Positions 27,978 to 36,706 of a DNA stretch of 46,309 nucleotides are shown here, piece after piece; position 1 is the first letter of the stretch; every line of letters starts with the position of its first letter. Under the pieces are notes generated by a model that was not told the origin of the DNA, searched no databases, and saw only the letters and a list, made by a program, of their open reading frames with translations. Source of the stretch: a virus; the IMG/VR virus record IMGVR_UViG_3300045988_136632. One strand, written 5' to 3'. A program made the translations under genes and the position numbers.

Positions 27978-28630
27978 TTTTTAGCAATTCTAAGAGCAGT
28001 CAAAGGATTAAAATCAGGGGCAATAATAGCGAGATTGTCAGACCAGTTTGGCAAGAATGACCATGAAATGGCATTGCTATCCGGTGCTTCCAATCCGCCC
28101 AATGTTTTATCTCCTATAAACAGTGAACGAACAGGTATAGGATAATAAATTTTTTCATTTGTTTCATCCTGATCAGCACCCACTGCACCATTCCCATCAA
28201 ACAGATAAACACCCAAATTGGATGCTTGACTTTCACACTGTAATGCTTTAAGTGCTTTAATTACCGCTTGTGGTACTTCGCGAATAACTCCTGTAAACGG
28301 AGTTGGCTCACGGCCTATATTCTTTTCAATACCTCCAAGTGTTTCATTTCCGCCACCAAAGGTACGTGCTGCGCCCGCTTCTGCTGTCGGTGCTTCAATG
28401 TACGGAGAAACAACAATTTTAGTAGAGTCATTCGCTGACAATAATGGAGTCCAAGACGCAAGTGCGGTAATAGGCATTGGAGAATCACCTTCACCGTTAA
28501 AACTATTTCTTGTTCCATCATCTTTATAAAGACGTTGGAAAGCAACTTTTTGAATCTGTCCTAACGATTCGGAACAGATCACTTCTGGAATATCGGGCAA
28601 AGCTGGTGCCGCTGGACATGTACAAATCAT
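27974..28630 (-). CDS. probable abundant virion protein (function unknown)
   Basis: The track start at 28675 is TTG, and the ATG at 28630 gives MICTCPAAP. It has its own candidate promoter and shares a 21-nt upstream motif with the capsid gene. Confidence 0.55.
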   Translation of the reverse strand: MICTCPAAPALPDIPEVICSESLGQIQKVAFQRLYKDDGTRNSFNGEGDSPMPITALASWTPLLSANDSTKIVVSPYIEAPTAEAGAARTFGGGNETLGGIEKNIGREPTPFTGVIREVPQAVIKALKALQCESQASNLGVYLFDGNGAVGADQDETNEKIYYPIPVRSLFIGDKTLGGLEAPDSNAISWSFLPNWSDNLAIIAPDFNPLTALRIAKK

Positions 28631-28768
28631 ACTTTTAAAAATTAAAGTTATTAATATGTTATATCTCAGGGTCAACCCTTCACCCTTTTCAATAAATTAC
28701 AATTTAATTAAATCAATTATTTAATAGAATCAAATAATCAATTATGCAATAACACTTTATTGCACGCA

Positions 28769-28776
28769 CAAATATA
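28769..28776 (-). promoter_or_regulatory. candidate -7 box TATATTTG (reverse strand), possibly with a -33 TTTG at 28797-28800
   Basis: Plus-strand CAAATATA lies in the 142-nt gap after terL. A TTTG lies 20 nt upstream on the reverse strand. The box is flanked by two copies of ATCAAATAATCAA. Confidence 0.4.
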
Positions 28777-28817
28777 TATACTAAAAATCAAATAATCAAA
28801 TAAAAAGCTCTATTTTT

Positions 28818-29987
28818 CTAATTACGAACTCTAATACCTCGTGGTTTTGAACTTTCCGATAATTTATTAAGTGCTACATAACGTAATGCATCCAACGCAT
28901 GATTATTGCTATCAATAGGTTCATTCCTCAATTCTCCGGTTATTTTATCTTCTTTCCACTTATAATTCCTAAGTTCATATATTAAATTAAGACTTGACTT
29001 TGTAACACATATCTCATAACGTTGTAAAATCTGAATGCCATTACGAATTGAATCTGCTCCCTTATTTGCCGCTTCTATTTTTTTTATTCCATAATTATAA
29101 ATCTCACGAATTGATTTTTGTTCAGCAGAATCAGCAATAACATCGCAGTCTTTATCCCTAAGTCTATCTGCAATTTGGTCATTTGTAAGACCTCTCTCAT
29201 AACAATGTTCATTCACCCATAATTTCCCATCATATTGATAAACATCAACGATCGCAGTAGGATCTGTTGTAAAACCAAAATCCATTCCCCTACCGATCAA
29301 CTTTGCAGTTTCTGGTATGGAATCAACTTGCTTCCATCTTGAATATATAATTCCGACAGAACGACCTGTTAATCCAAGACCGTAGACCCTCCACCAATTA
29401 TCATCGTCTTTGTGAGATTCTATTTCTGAAATTTGCTGTGGGGTATTAAAAGGATTGTCTTTATATGTAGAATGTACTTCTATAGTATTTTCTTTAACTT
29501 GTACCCCCTTTAATTCATACCAAAACTCGCAATCTGGATTCCAATCAAGAAATACACATTCCCTTGTACGAACAGACAATTGTCTATAGGTTTCATATGG
29601 AATACGATTACATTCATTAATGAATAATATATCCCTTCTCCCACCTTTCACCTTACCCCAATCATCAACTGAAAAAAAGCGTATACTACTACCACTATTG
29701 AACGTATATTGATGATCAGTAGAATTCAATTTAAAATCCCTGTCTTTTAAAAGTCCCTCATTAGACAAAATATCATCAATATCTTTTAATGCTCCTCTTT
29801 TTAAATGTGGCATGCTCTCAGATACAATATTTATATCCTTTCCATTTTTACTACCGACAGCAATAGACACAAGTAAGGATACAATAGAATATGTTTTTCC
29901 TGATCTTGTTCCTCCACGGTTAGCAATCGTTCTAACACCAGAAAGATAAGCTTTCAAACTCTCTCTGTATACCTTAACAACAATCAT
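28818..29987 (-). CDS. terL: terminase large subunit
   Basis: 389 aa with Walker A GGTRSGKT. The C-terminal nuclease-like region has acidic residues. It overlaps terS by 1 nt. Confidence 0.85.
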   Translation of the reverse strand: MIVVKVYRESLKAYLSGVRTIANRGGTRSGKTYSIVSLLVSIAVGSKNGKDINIVSESMPHLKRGALKDIDDILSNEGLLKDRDFKLNSTDHQYTFNSGSSIRFFSVDDWGKVKGGRRDILFINECNRIPYETYRQLSVRTRECVFLDWNPDCEFWYELKGVQVKENTIEVHSTYKDNPFNTPQQISEIESHKDDDNWWRVYGLGLTGRSVGIIYSRWKQVDSIPETAKLIGRGMDFGFTTDPTAIVDVYQYDGKLWVNEHCYERGLTNDQIADRLRDKDCDVIADSAEQKSIREIYNYGIKKIEAANKGADSIRNGIQILQRYEICVTKSSLNLIYELRNYKWKEDKITGELRNEPIDSNNHALDALRYVALNKLSESSKPRGIRVRN

Positions 29988-30484
29988 TATTCCTTATTTT
30001 TAAGTTGTTCTATCAAATTAGCATCTTCATCATTGGAAACAATGATATTAAGTCCTGTCGAAATCTCACCTGAATGCTCAGTATTTTGCTTATTCTTCCA
30101 CCTATCTGGTTCTAAATTCGTTAAAAGGAAAATACCGGCGCCGATATTCGGTTCAACACGAATATTCTTCTTTACCTCCTTTTTGATCTTTTTCTTTTTA
30201 CCTTCAAAATAGTATTCGGTTGATGTCTGCTCGTATTCATATCCAATGGCAGCATTGGCCATAGAAGATACAATACGACGTTCAAGACCATTTTTGAAAT
30301 CATCTTTTGCCTTTTTTATAGCATTCGAAAAGTCCGAATTTTCCATCCAATTATAATAAGTCTGTGCATCTATGCCGAAGCGCTTGCAAAAGTCCTTTAA
30401 CTTCGCTCCACCATACTCCATCAGCCCGTTTTCACGAACCCAATCTGAACACTGCTGAATCATTTCATCATTAAACTTTGCCAT
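29987..30484 (-). CDS. terS: terminase small subunit
   Basis: 165 aa with an N-terminal HTH-like segment (DFCKRFGIDAQTYYNW), immediately upstream of terL. Confidence 0.65.
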   Translation of the reverse strand: MAKFNDEMIQQCSDWVRENGLMEYGGAKLKDFCKRFGIDAQTYYNWMENSDFSNAIKKAKDDFKNGLERRIVSSMANAAIGYEYEQTSTEYYFEGKKKKIKKEVKKNIRVEPNIGAGIFLLTNLEPDRWKNKQNTEHSGEISTGLNIIVSNDEDANLIEQLKNKE

Positions 30485-30509
30485 ATTTTGTAATCCACAT
30501 AATTTTCAT

Positions 30510-30677
30510 TTATAATTTAAACTTCTTGATTAAGAATTCCCCCCACCATATAGATATCATATTCACTCCATCGGCAAAGTATTTTAATACTAAGGCAATA
30601 CATTGAATAGGAATTGATACAATCATGACAGGATATCTTATCACATTGTGAAGTATCTTTATTTTATTTTCTTTCAT
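30510..30677 (-). CDS. small membrane protein (55 aa, below the ORF-track cutoff)
   Basis: Hand translation gives MKENKIKILHNVIRYPVMIVSIPIQCIALVLKYFADGVNMISIWWGEFLIKKFKL. It fills the gap between the 30683 gene and terS. Confidence 0.4.
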   Translation of the reverse strand: MKENKIKILHNVIRYPVMIVSIPIQCIALVLKYFADGVNMISIWWGEFLIKKFKL

Positions 30678-30682
30678 ATTGT

Positions 30683-31063
30683 CTATATAAGTTTTAACGC
30701 TTCCTGAATTCCGGCTTCCAATGCTTCCTCGTAGGTGCTGTAACGAACAGGAGTTCTGTCCTCCAATCCTATCAGGTCATGGGTAGGTATTGTCAGAATA
30801 TCGTAAAGCCAATAGTCTCCATACATATAGCCTATTTCAATATGGAGGAACTTAGTGTTCCTCAACCACTTTTGGGTGAGAGATTGGGTAGGTGCAGAAA
30901 AACAATCATCCTTTTCATTGAAATTCTCGGATTCGTCGTAAGTTTCAGACAGTTTCATGTCACCTTCTATGGAATCTGCTTCATAAAAAGTAAATACATT
31001 TTCACTAAACCCTTTTTCTTTCAGCAGCTTTGCTGTTTCTAATTTTACAAATTCTTCAGTCAT
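30683..31063 (-). CDS. hypothetical protein
   Basis: 126-aa ORF, tightly packed in the - strand operon. Confidence 0.55.
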   Translation of the reverse strand: MTEEFVKLETAKLLKEKGFSENVFTFYEADSIEGDMKLSETYDESENFNEKDDCFSAPTQSLTQKWLRNTKFLHIEIGYMYGDYWLYDILTIPTHDLIGLEDRTPVRYSTYEEALEAGIQEALKLI

Positions 31064-31065
31064 GG

Positions 31066-31419
31066 TTATTCCTTTTTTAATTCTTCCAATACTTTCTTCG
31101 CTATCTCATGATGAGATAACTGTTGCCAATCAGAACAGATATCATCCGCTTCATTATCGTAATGATTAGCATATACATATTCATTCAGTTGCTCACGAAA
31201 ATACTCACCGTCTAAACCGCTATCATCACAATCATCATACATTCTCAATTCATGGGCTACGTCCTTACATTCTTTGTGTGTTATGAAGTCATACACAACT
31301 CCGTCATAAACATCTGTCTGACGGACATATTTTTGTCCTATCGTAATCTTTTCGCAACAAAATTCACACCTATGTTCTTTTTTAGCTGTTGGGTAAGTTT
31401 CTCTTAGTATTGTTGGCAT
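31066..31419 (-). CDS. hypothetical Cys-rich protein
   Basis: ATG 31419 (MPTILRETYP) lies 2 nt after the methyltransferase stop. It contains a CEFCCEK cluster. Confidence 0.55.
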   Translation of the reverse strand: MPTILRETYPTAKKEHRCEFCCEKITIGQKYVRQTDVYDGVVYDFITHKECKDVAHELRMYDDCDDSGLDGEYFREQLNEYVYANHYDNEADDICSDWQQLSHHEIAKKVLEELKKE

Positions 31420-31421
31420 AG

Positions 31422-32135
31422 TTATACGCCAAATAGGCTTGTTTGTATTAAAGTTCCTTTCTCTGTTTTTATTTCGCCAAAGCATTGGCGGCGGAAGTAT
31501 TCTTCTTGGTCATTATAAATATCTACATCTTTCTCGGTAGCAAAAAAATCAAAACCAAGTTTATACGCTGCAATTCTATTTGTACCACTTCCAAGATGTG
31601 AATCGTATATCTTCCAACCCGCCTTAGCATAAGTCTTATATATCCACGCATATAACTGAACTGGTTTCTGTGCCACATGTCTCTTTGCGTAATTAATAGC
31701 TATTTTTGCATTGTTTGAAACGCAATTTTGCATATTCGCCCTACTGGTTCTGAACATCTTTGTGCTTATATTAAAGGAGGTGTATGCAAGTTCAGCCATG
31801 GCAAACGTAACGCCATCCGGCTGCAGCTTATCATAAACAATCCATCCCATTGACGGGGGTATCCATCGGCTAAAATAGTTAGCACCAAATATTATTTGAT
31901 TCTTACTCACCCGAAACAGCTCATCGAAATACTCTTTATCAGGCGGCTTTGAATCCCAATCTTTACTTTTATACCGGGTTATTTTACCTTGACCTTTCTT
32001 CTGTCCAATGCTTCCGTTTCGCTTAGCTATCCCGATTCCATATTCAGGGTCTACGACAGCCAAATCGAAAAACTTATTTGGAATGCCTTTCATATATTCC
32101 ATGCAGTCCATATTATACACTTCACTTATTGGCAT
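31422..32135 (-). CDS. DNA methyltransferase (N6-adenine/N4-cytosine, beta-class motif order)
   Basis: A DPEYG (DPPY-like) motif near the N-terminus and DSHLGSGTNRIAAYKLG (an FxGSGT-type AdoMet motif) near the C-terminus. No cognate nuclease gene is seen. Confidence 0.75.
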   Translation of the reverse strand: MPISEVYNMDCMEYMKGIPNKFFDLAVVDPEYGIGIAKRNGSIGQKKGQGKITRYKSKDWDSKPPDKEYFDELFRVSKNQIIFGANYFSRWIPPSMGWIVYDKLQPDGVTFAMAELAYTSFNISTKMFRTSRANMQNCVSNNAKIAINYAKRHVAQKPVQLYAWIYKTYAKAGWKIYDSHLGSGTNRIAAYKLGFDFFATEKDVDIYNDQEEYFRRQCFGEIKTEKGTLIQTSLFGV

Positions 32136-32164
32136 TATTTACCTCCTTTCTGTTTTGTATTGAA

Positions 32165-32533
32165 TTATTCTTCGGTATCGAAATCTTCATGATATAAGTT
32201 ATATCCAGCTAATATGGCTTTCTTTAACTCCTCCCGGAGGTCGCAGTTACCTGATCCAGACAAGAGCATTCGGTCAGCTATTTCGTATGCACGTTCTTCC
32301 AAAGTTTTTTCACCCACTTTAGAGTATTGGATGGCCATACGCGTATGGTATTTCTCACCTTCGTGATTCAAAGTCTGACTTAAAGCCACTTCACCAACAT
32401 TAATCCGAATAGCTCTTTCTGATAGTTTCATAAGAACAAACTGCATTAATCTAAACAGACCTTCACCGCCTTCATCCGATACATTCTTTAAAAACTTACA
32501 AATTACTTTATCTTCTTCTTTTGTTAATTTCAT
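32165..32533 (-). CDS. hypothetical protein
   Basis: The track start is GTG 32551. ATG 32533 is preceded by AGAAAGGAGACAAT. Confidence 0.55.
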   Translation of the reverse strand: MKLTKEEDKVICKFLKNVSDEGGEGLFRLMQFVLMKLSERAIRINVGEVALSQTLNHEGEKYHTRMAIQYSKVGEKTLEERAYEIADRMLLSGSGNCDLREELKKAILAGYNLYHEDFDTEE

Positions 32534-32556
32534 ATTGTCTCCTTTCTGCACTGTTA

Positions 32557-32742
32557 TTAATCAATTATTTCAAATGTAACTTTTACTTTTTTACAGCGAT
32601 AGCCCCTCTTATACCATTGCTTCCATGTACGGGAACACCCCTTACACCATTCTTTAATGCAGAAACTTTTGAAATATTTCTGCGTATTCATTACAATAAG
32701 GCCATCAGGATAAACGATAACGTACATTATATCTTCACGCAT
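32557..32742 (-). CDS. small basic Cys-containing protein
   Basis: 61 aa. The ATG is preceded by the same AGAAAGGAGACAAT context. Confidence 0.5.
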   Translation of the reverse strand: MREDIMYVIVYPDGLIVMNTQKYFKSFCIKEWCKGCSRTWKQWYKRGYRCKKVKVTFEIID

Positions 32743-32771
32743 ATTGTCTCCTTTCTATTCAATTTTGAGGG

Positions 32772-32990
32772 TTATCCGATAGAAGATAATGCCTGCATAC
32801 ACTCGAAAATAAAAGATGAACTTAAAGCGTCATACACCTCATCCGGTATATCTTCTTCATTTTCAAAGCTACCTTCAACGCTTACTGAACCATAGCCTGT
32901 TGCAACATGCTTCTCTTTATACTCTTTACCGTCAATGATTACGGTGCTCTCCCAACCATTAGGAGTAATTTCGATTTTTATCTTATTCAT
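32772..32990 (-). CDS. hypothetical small protein
   Basis: 72-aa ORF in operon register. Confidence 0.5.
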   Translation of the reverse strand: MNKIKIEITPNGWESTVIIDGKEYKEKHVATGYGSVSVEGSFENEEDIPDEVYDALSSSFIFECMQALSSIG

Positions 32991-33009
32991 GTTTATCTTG
33001 GGTTATACG

Positions 33010-33330
33010 TTAAATATAATATCCACTATAATCAGGATGATTACTTTCCAAAACAGCTTTCATTGCATCCTGAACATTATCAAAGTAACCTAAAGAAACA
33101 GCATCCGAACCTGTTTCCTCGTCATATGGAGTAGGATAACCAGCTTCAATTTTTCCTCTATTTTCACCGACCATTACTTCATGAACCCATCCATAAATGT
33201 TTGTTTTCCACTTATCAAACATTATGCTTTTCCCCATAATATACTCTACTTTTATCAAGTCATAGTCATTAGGATAGTTAGCATTCTGTTCCCAATAAGC
33301 TTCTGAATTGTCAACTGTTATTTTACTCAT
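33010..33330 (-). CDS. hypothetical protein
   Basis: 106-aa ORF in operon register. Confidence 0.55.
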   Translation of the reverse strand: MSKITVDNSEAYWEQNANYPNDYDLIKVEYIMGKSIMFDKWKTNIYGWVHEVMVGENRGKIEAGYPTPYDEETGSDAVSLGYFDNVQDAMKAVLESNHPDYSGYYI

Positions 33331-33469
33331 ATTTATTCATAATTAATTTGTTTTGAGTTAATAATTAACAGCACATTGAAAGTATTTCCAATGTGTGCTC
33401 ATAATATTCACCTTTCATTATCTGTAATAAAATTGGTGGTTCATGATTGATTCTGTTCATTATTTTCTT

Positions 33470-33700
33470 TTACTTATCTTTTAAATAATTAATATACTTT
33501 CCCTTAGCTTCTTTGAAGAAGATAAAGCCACACTTTATTGGTAAATCAAATAGAGTTTCCGGCTTGTTAGCATCCATCTGTTTAATGAAATCGGATTGCA
33601 ATATTTTCTTATCCCAACAAGCATATTCAATGGCAGACCAATAACGATTTAGAATGCCACCAACAGACAGCCACCATAAAAAATCATTCAATGTTTTCAT
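33470..33700 (-). CDS. hypothetical small protein
   Basis: 76 aa. It starts 18 nt after the stop of the 29-aa peptide gene. Confidence 0.5.
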   Translation of the reverse strand: MKTLNDFLWWLSVGGILNRYWSAIEYACWDKKILQSDFIKQMDANKPETLFDLPIKCGFIFFKEAKGKYINYLKDK

Positions 33701-33718
33701 ATATGAATCTTTTGTTAA

Positions 33719-33808
33719 TTAATCGCGCAAGGCTACAGCCAGCAATCCCAATGACATCAACAAGATGGAGACAATGGCATATAGAAATGCATATTGATAT
33801 CTATTCAT
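33719..33808 (-). CDS. 29-aa single-TM hydrophobic peptide, copy A
   Basis: Hand translation gives MNRYQYAFLYAIVSILLMSLGLLAVALRD. It is paralogous to 36617-36706, and the nucleotide similarity is confined to the coding part. Confidence 0.55.
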   Translation of the reverse strand: MNRYQYAFLYAIVSILLMSLGLLAVALRD

Positions 33809-33871
33809 GTCCTACGAATTAAAAATGTGTGCAAAAACGCTCTTCTCATCAGAAAGTTCAAGACTGATTTG

Positions 33872-34309
33872 TTATTCGTTAATTAATTCTGGGTTGTCAT
33901 AGATATTACCTTTAACTACAAACATTTTACATGTCTGTTGAATAGTATTTTCTACAAAGCCATCCCATCCAACCCAACACCCTTCTTTGGCGCACCATTT
34001 AACCTCAAATGAAAGTCCTATGCGATGTTTTCCAGCCGTTGTAATATAGTCAAGTTGTACAATATCTCCCTCATAAATCTCTTTACCGTTCCTATCGAGA
34101 AGCCCTGTGAACTGTCCGACTGTCTCGTTGGCAACTTCACAATCATCCACAACAAATCCGAAATTATCTGTTTCGAAACTTGCTATATTCTTAAAGATTA
34201 CAGTTTTGTTTATGTTTAGCGAGTGGAAATTAAAAGAATAATTGGCAAGATTTCCACATATCCATTTTCCGTCCTTGATGCGCTTACCTCTGAATCTGAT
34301 TGTTCTCAT
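33872..34309 (-). CDS. YopX-like protein
   Basis: MRTIRFRGKR...GQFTGLLDRNGKEIYEGDIV...GNIYDNPELI matches the YopX family pattern. ATG 34309 lies 19 nt after the upstream stop. Confidence 0.65.
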   Translation of the reverse strand: MRTIRFRGKRIKDGKWICGNLANYSFNFHSLNINKTVIFKNIASFETDNFGFVVDDCEVANETVGQFTGLLDRNGKEIYEGDIVQLDYITTAGKHRIGLSFEVKWCAKEGCWVGWDGFVENTIQQTCKMFVVKGNIYDNPELINE

Positions 34310-34328
34310 TATGTTACTTTCTACTTTG

Positions 34329-34697
34329 TTATACGTTAATAGACATTCTTTTAATATGCGCAAAACATTCATCCATAGCCTTGTCAAAAACTTCTTGACT
34401 TATGATATTTTTCTCAATCCGTTTCACGTATTCACTTGCGTAAGATGCAAGTTGGATGCTTGAATCACTATTACTTACATCTTCTCTGTTGTCAAAATAT
34501 ATATGTATACAATCATATACCACTTCATCACCGATTTCATCAGTATTTACCCTAACTATCGCTGTGATTTTTTCGTAAGAAGTATGCGCCATGTGAATAC
34601 ATTTTCCAACGAGATATTGATATTTTGCCTTTTTCTTATCAGCTTCCTGTTTCTTTAGCTTCTGTATTTCAGCTTCTAATTTCTGTATTCTGTTCAT
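34329..34697 (-). CDS. hypothetical protein (N-terminal coiled coil)
   Basis: 122-aa ORF. Confidence 0.55.
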   Translation of the reverse strand: MNRIQKLEAEIQKLKKQEADKKKAKYQYLVGKCIHMAHTSYEKITAIVRVNTDEIGDEVVYDCIHIYFDNREDVSNSDSSIQLASYASEYVKRIEKNIISQEVFDKAMDECFAHIKRMSINV

Positions 34698-34698
34698 A

Positions 34699-35535
34699 TC
34701 AATCTATAAACTCTGTATTATCATTTACTTGTGCGTCATCACACACCTTAACCGCAACATTTCCATTGGGCTTTAGCCTACATTCTTGAATTTCCCTTGT
34801 TTCAATAAGTGTGAAAGAAGCGTGTGTATTGTTAGAGTGCAGGTACTCACCATCCCAAACCCATATTCCACCGTGTATGTCCTTGAATGTACCTATATTT
34901 GGATTTAAAGTTTGCAGTATCGCTTTGCGACCTACATTGGTCATGGCAACAAATCCGTTATGGGTTGGATTCATTTCTTTTACTTCCTCATATAGAGCAT
35001 TGTCAAGCTGTTTTAGCCATAAAAGGAATTTCGGCACTCCCTTGTCTTGGTAATCTTTTATTCTTCCTCCAAACAAAGCATAGGGGGTAAAATTGATGAT
35101 TTGCTTGGATATAAACTCTGCATTAAAATGCTCTCGTTTAATAATCGGTCTTCTACAGGAGAAAGCGCCACCTCCATCCACAAACTCTATATCTTCATTC
35201 AAACCCAAGTGTGCAATCGGGATATATACAAAATCTGTGAAGTATTCCAGTTTTTTCGGTTGGGTTAATTTAGACCTATAAACATCTTTATGCTTCTCTT
35301 CAAATTCTCTTATCCAAGTATGGAACTTGCTTGCCAATCTTGAATATCCTATAACTCTACCTCTACTCCCATGAGGACAATAATTATCAAAAGCAACACA
35401 ATTGCCTTTTGCGTACAACTCGCATTTTTCGGGACATTCGCAATATATAATATGACCGATTGCTTTTTCTGATTTCTTTTGCTTGAATAGTGCATTTGCT
35501 GGATTCCATACCCATGCGTCAATTTCTTTCTTCAT
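34699..35535 (-). CDS. hypothetical Cys-rich protein
   Basis: It contains CECPEKCELYAKGNCVAFDNYCPHG. ATG 35535 is preceded by AAGGAGAAAGG. Alternative starts are 35574 (ATG) and 35610 (TTG). Confidence 0.5.
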   Translation of the reverse strand: MKKEIDAWVWNPANALFKQKKSEKAIGHIIYCECPEKCELYAKGNCVAFDNYCPHGSRGRVIGYSRLASKFHTWIREFEEKHKDVYRSKLTQPKKLEYFTDFVYIPIAHLGLNEDIEFVDGGGAFSCRRPIIKREHFNAEFISKQIINFTPYALFGGRIKDYQDKGVPKFLLWLKQLDNALYEEVKEMNPTHNGFVAMTNVGRKAILQTLNPNIGTFKDIHGGIWVWDGEYLHSNNTHASFTLIETREIQECRLKPNGNVAVKVCDDAQVNDNTEFID

Positions 35536-35602
35536 AGACCTTTCTCCTTTTTTTGTTCCACTATTTTGGTTCATTACTGATTTGTTTTGAGGGTTATTCT
35601 TT

Positions 35603-35902
35603 TTAATCAAATGGATAATTCAATTTTAGTTCTTCCATCATAGCTTCTACATCTTTGGCTACCAATTTAGCCATCTCTTTAGAGGTTATATTAGGATTTG
35701 CAGACAATCTACCCTGCATTGCGGCAATAGCAAAATCATGGATATGTTTATTAATATAGGCAGTAAAATTACCATAACCATTTTCCATTAGATATTGTAA
35801 ATCAATTAGCCAATTAGCAAGTTGTCTATGTTCTTCTGCACATTCTCCACATAGTTCTTCACTCTTCTTCTTTGAATGTTCGATTGCTTCTGTTAATGTC
35901 AT
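35603..35902 (-). CDS. hypothetical protein
   Basis: 99 aa, overlapping the upstream gene by 4 nt. Confidence 0.55.
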   Translation of the reverse strand: MTLTEAIEHSKKKSEELCGECAEEHRQLANWLIDLQYLMENGYGNFTAYINKHIHDFAIAAMQGRLSANPNITSKEMAKLVAKDVEAMMEELKLNYPFD

Positions 35903-36300
35903 AGTGGCTTTAATTTTGGTATTTCATTCATGATTGCATTTATACGTTCTATTTCTAATTTTGCAGCAACTTCTAATTCTTCGAGATATTCATCAATAAA
36001 TTCGTACATCTCATTTTTACTAATTGTACCCTCGGTTGGATCCCCTGTTTCTTCTTCATTTGCCATATATAAACGTTTATTGCATTTTTTATTGGCTAAA
36101 TTCTTATGATGATCTAATCCTCCAGAATAAAAAGGTTCTATACAGAAAAAATAATTGCCGCATGCTCTTTCGATATGAATATCTCTTCTACCTCTATAAC
36201 GGCTGATTCCCAAATTGCATGGGTCAGGGCCTTCTGCCATTTTTTCCATAGCATTAAAATCAGGACCTTTTAATAATTCATTAAATTCTTCTTTTTTCAT
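35899..36300 (-). CDS. hypothetical protein
   Basis: 133-aa ORF. Confidence 0.55.
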   Translation of the reverse strand: MKKEEFNELLKGPDFNAMEKMAEGPDPCNLGISRYRGRRDIHIERACGNYFFCIEPFYSGGLDHHKNLANKKCNKRLYMANEEETGDPTEGTISKNEMYEFIDEYLEELEVAAKLEIERINAIMNEIPKLKPL

Positions 36301-36381
36301 TTTTTCTCATTTTTAATCAGTTAAGTTATTCGAAAATTCCGAACAACTACTTTTTAGTTCTTTTCTATTTGATTTTTATTA

Positions 36382-36582
36382 TTACTCTATAAAAAATCCT
36401 TGTAAGTGGCCGCACTTATCACACTTATGAGCACTTATTTGGATTTCGCCATCGGTAGCGATAGATTTTTCAATCACACCTGACTTGTAAGGTTCATCGT
36501 CATGTGTGTAGATGAAAGTGCCCACGACAAGCGCAAGCCTTCCACCGCACTTGTCACATACATTTACGTTATCTTCGTTCAT
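36382..36582 (-). CDS. small zinc-ribbon protein
   Basis: 66 aa with CDKCGG...CDKCGH pairs. Confidence 0.55.
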   Translation of the reverse strand: MNEDNVNVCDKCGGRLALVVGTFIYTHDDEPYKSGVIEKSIATDGEIQISAHKCDKCGHLQGFFIE

Positions 36583-36616
36583 GACCTCTTTGATTTTATT
36601 TGGATCGTTCTATTAA

Positions 36617-36706
36617 TTAACTGCACAAGGCTACAGCCAGTAATCCCAATGCCATCAACAAGATGGAGACAATGGCGTATAGAAATGCATATTGATATCT
36701 ATTCAT
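36617..36706 (-). CDS. 29-aa single-TM hydrophobic peptide, copy B
   Basis: Hand translation gives MNRYQYAFLYAIVSILLMALGLLAVALCS. Its ATG overlaps the stop region of the upstream 225-aa gene by 8 nt. Confidence 0.55.
   Translation of the reverse strand: MNRYQYAFLYAIVSILLMALGLLAVALCS

Noticed and set aside
32531-32756. Identical 17-nt repeat CATATTGTCTCCTTTCT at 32531-32547 and 32740-32756 (similar copies at about 32131 and 30675)
   Set aside because: On the coding strand this reads AGAAAGGAGACAATATG, a shared Shine-Dalgarno-like start context of consecutive small genes. It is a translation initiation signal and not an independent regulatory repeat.
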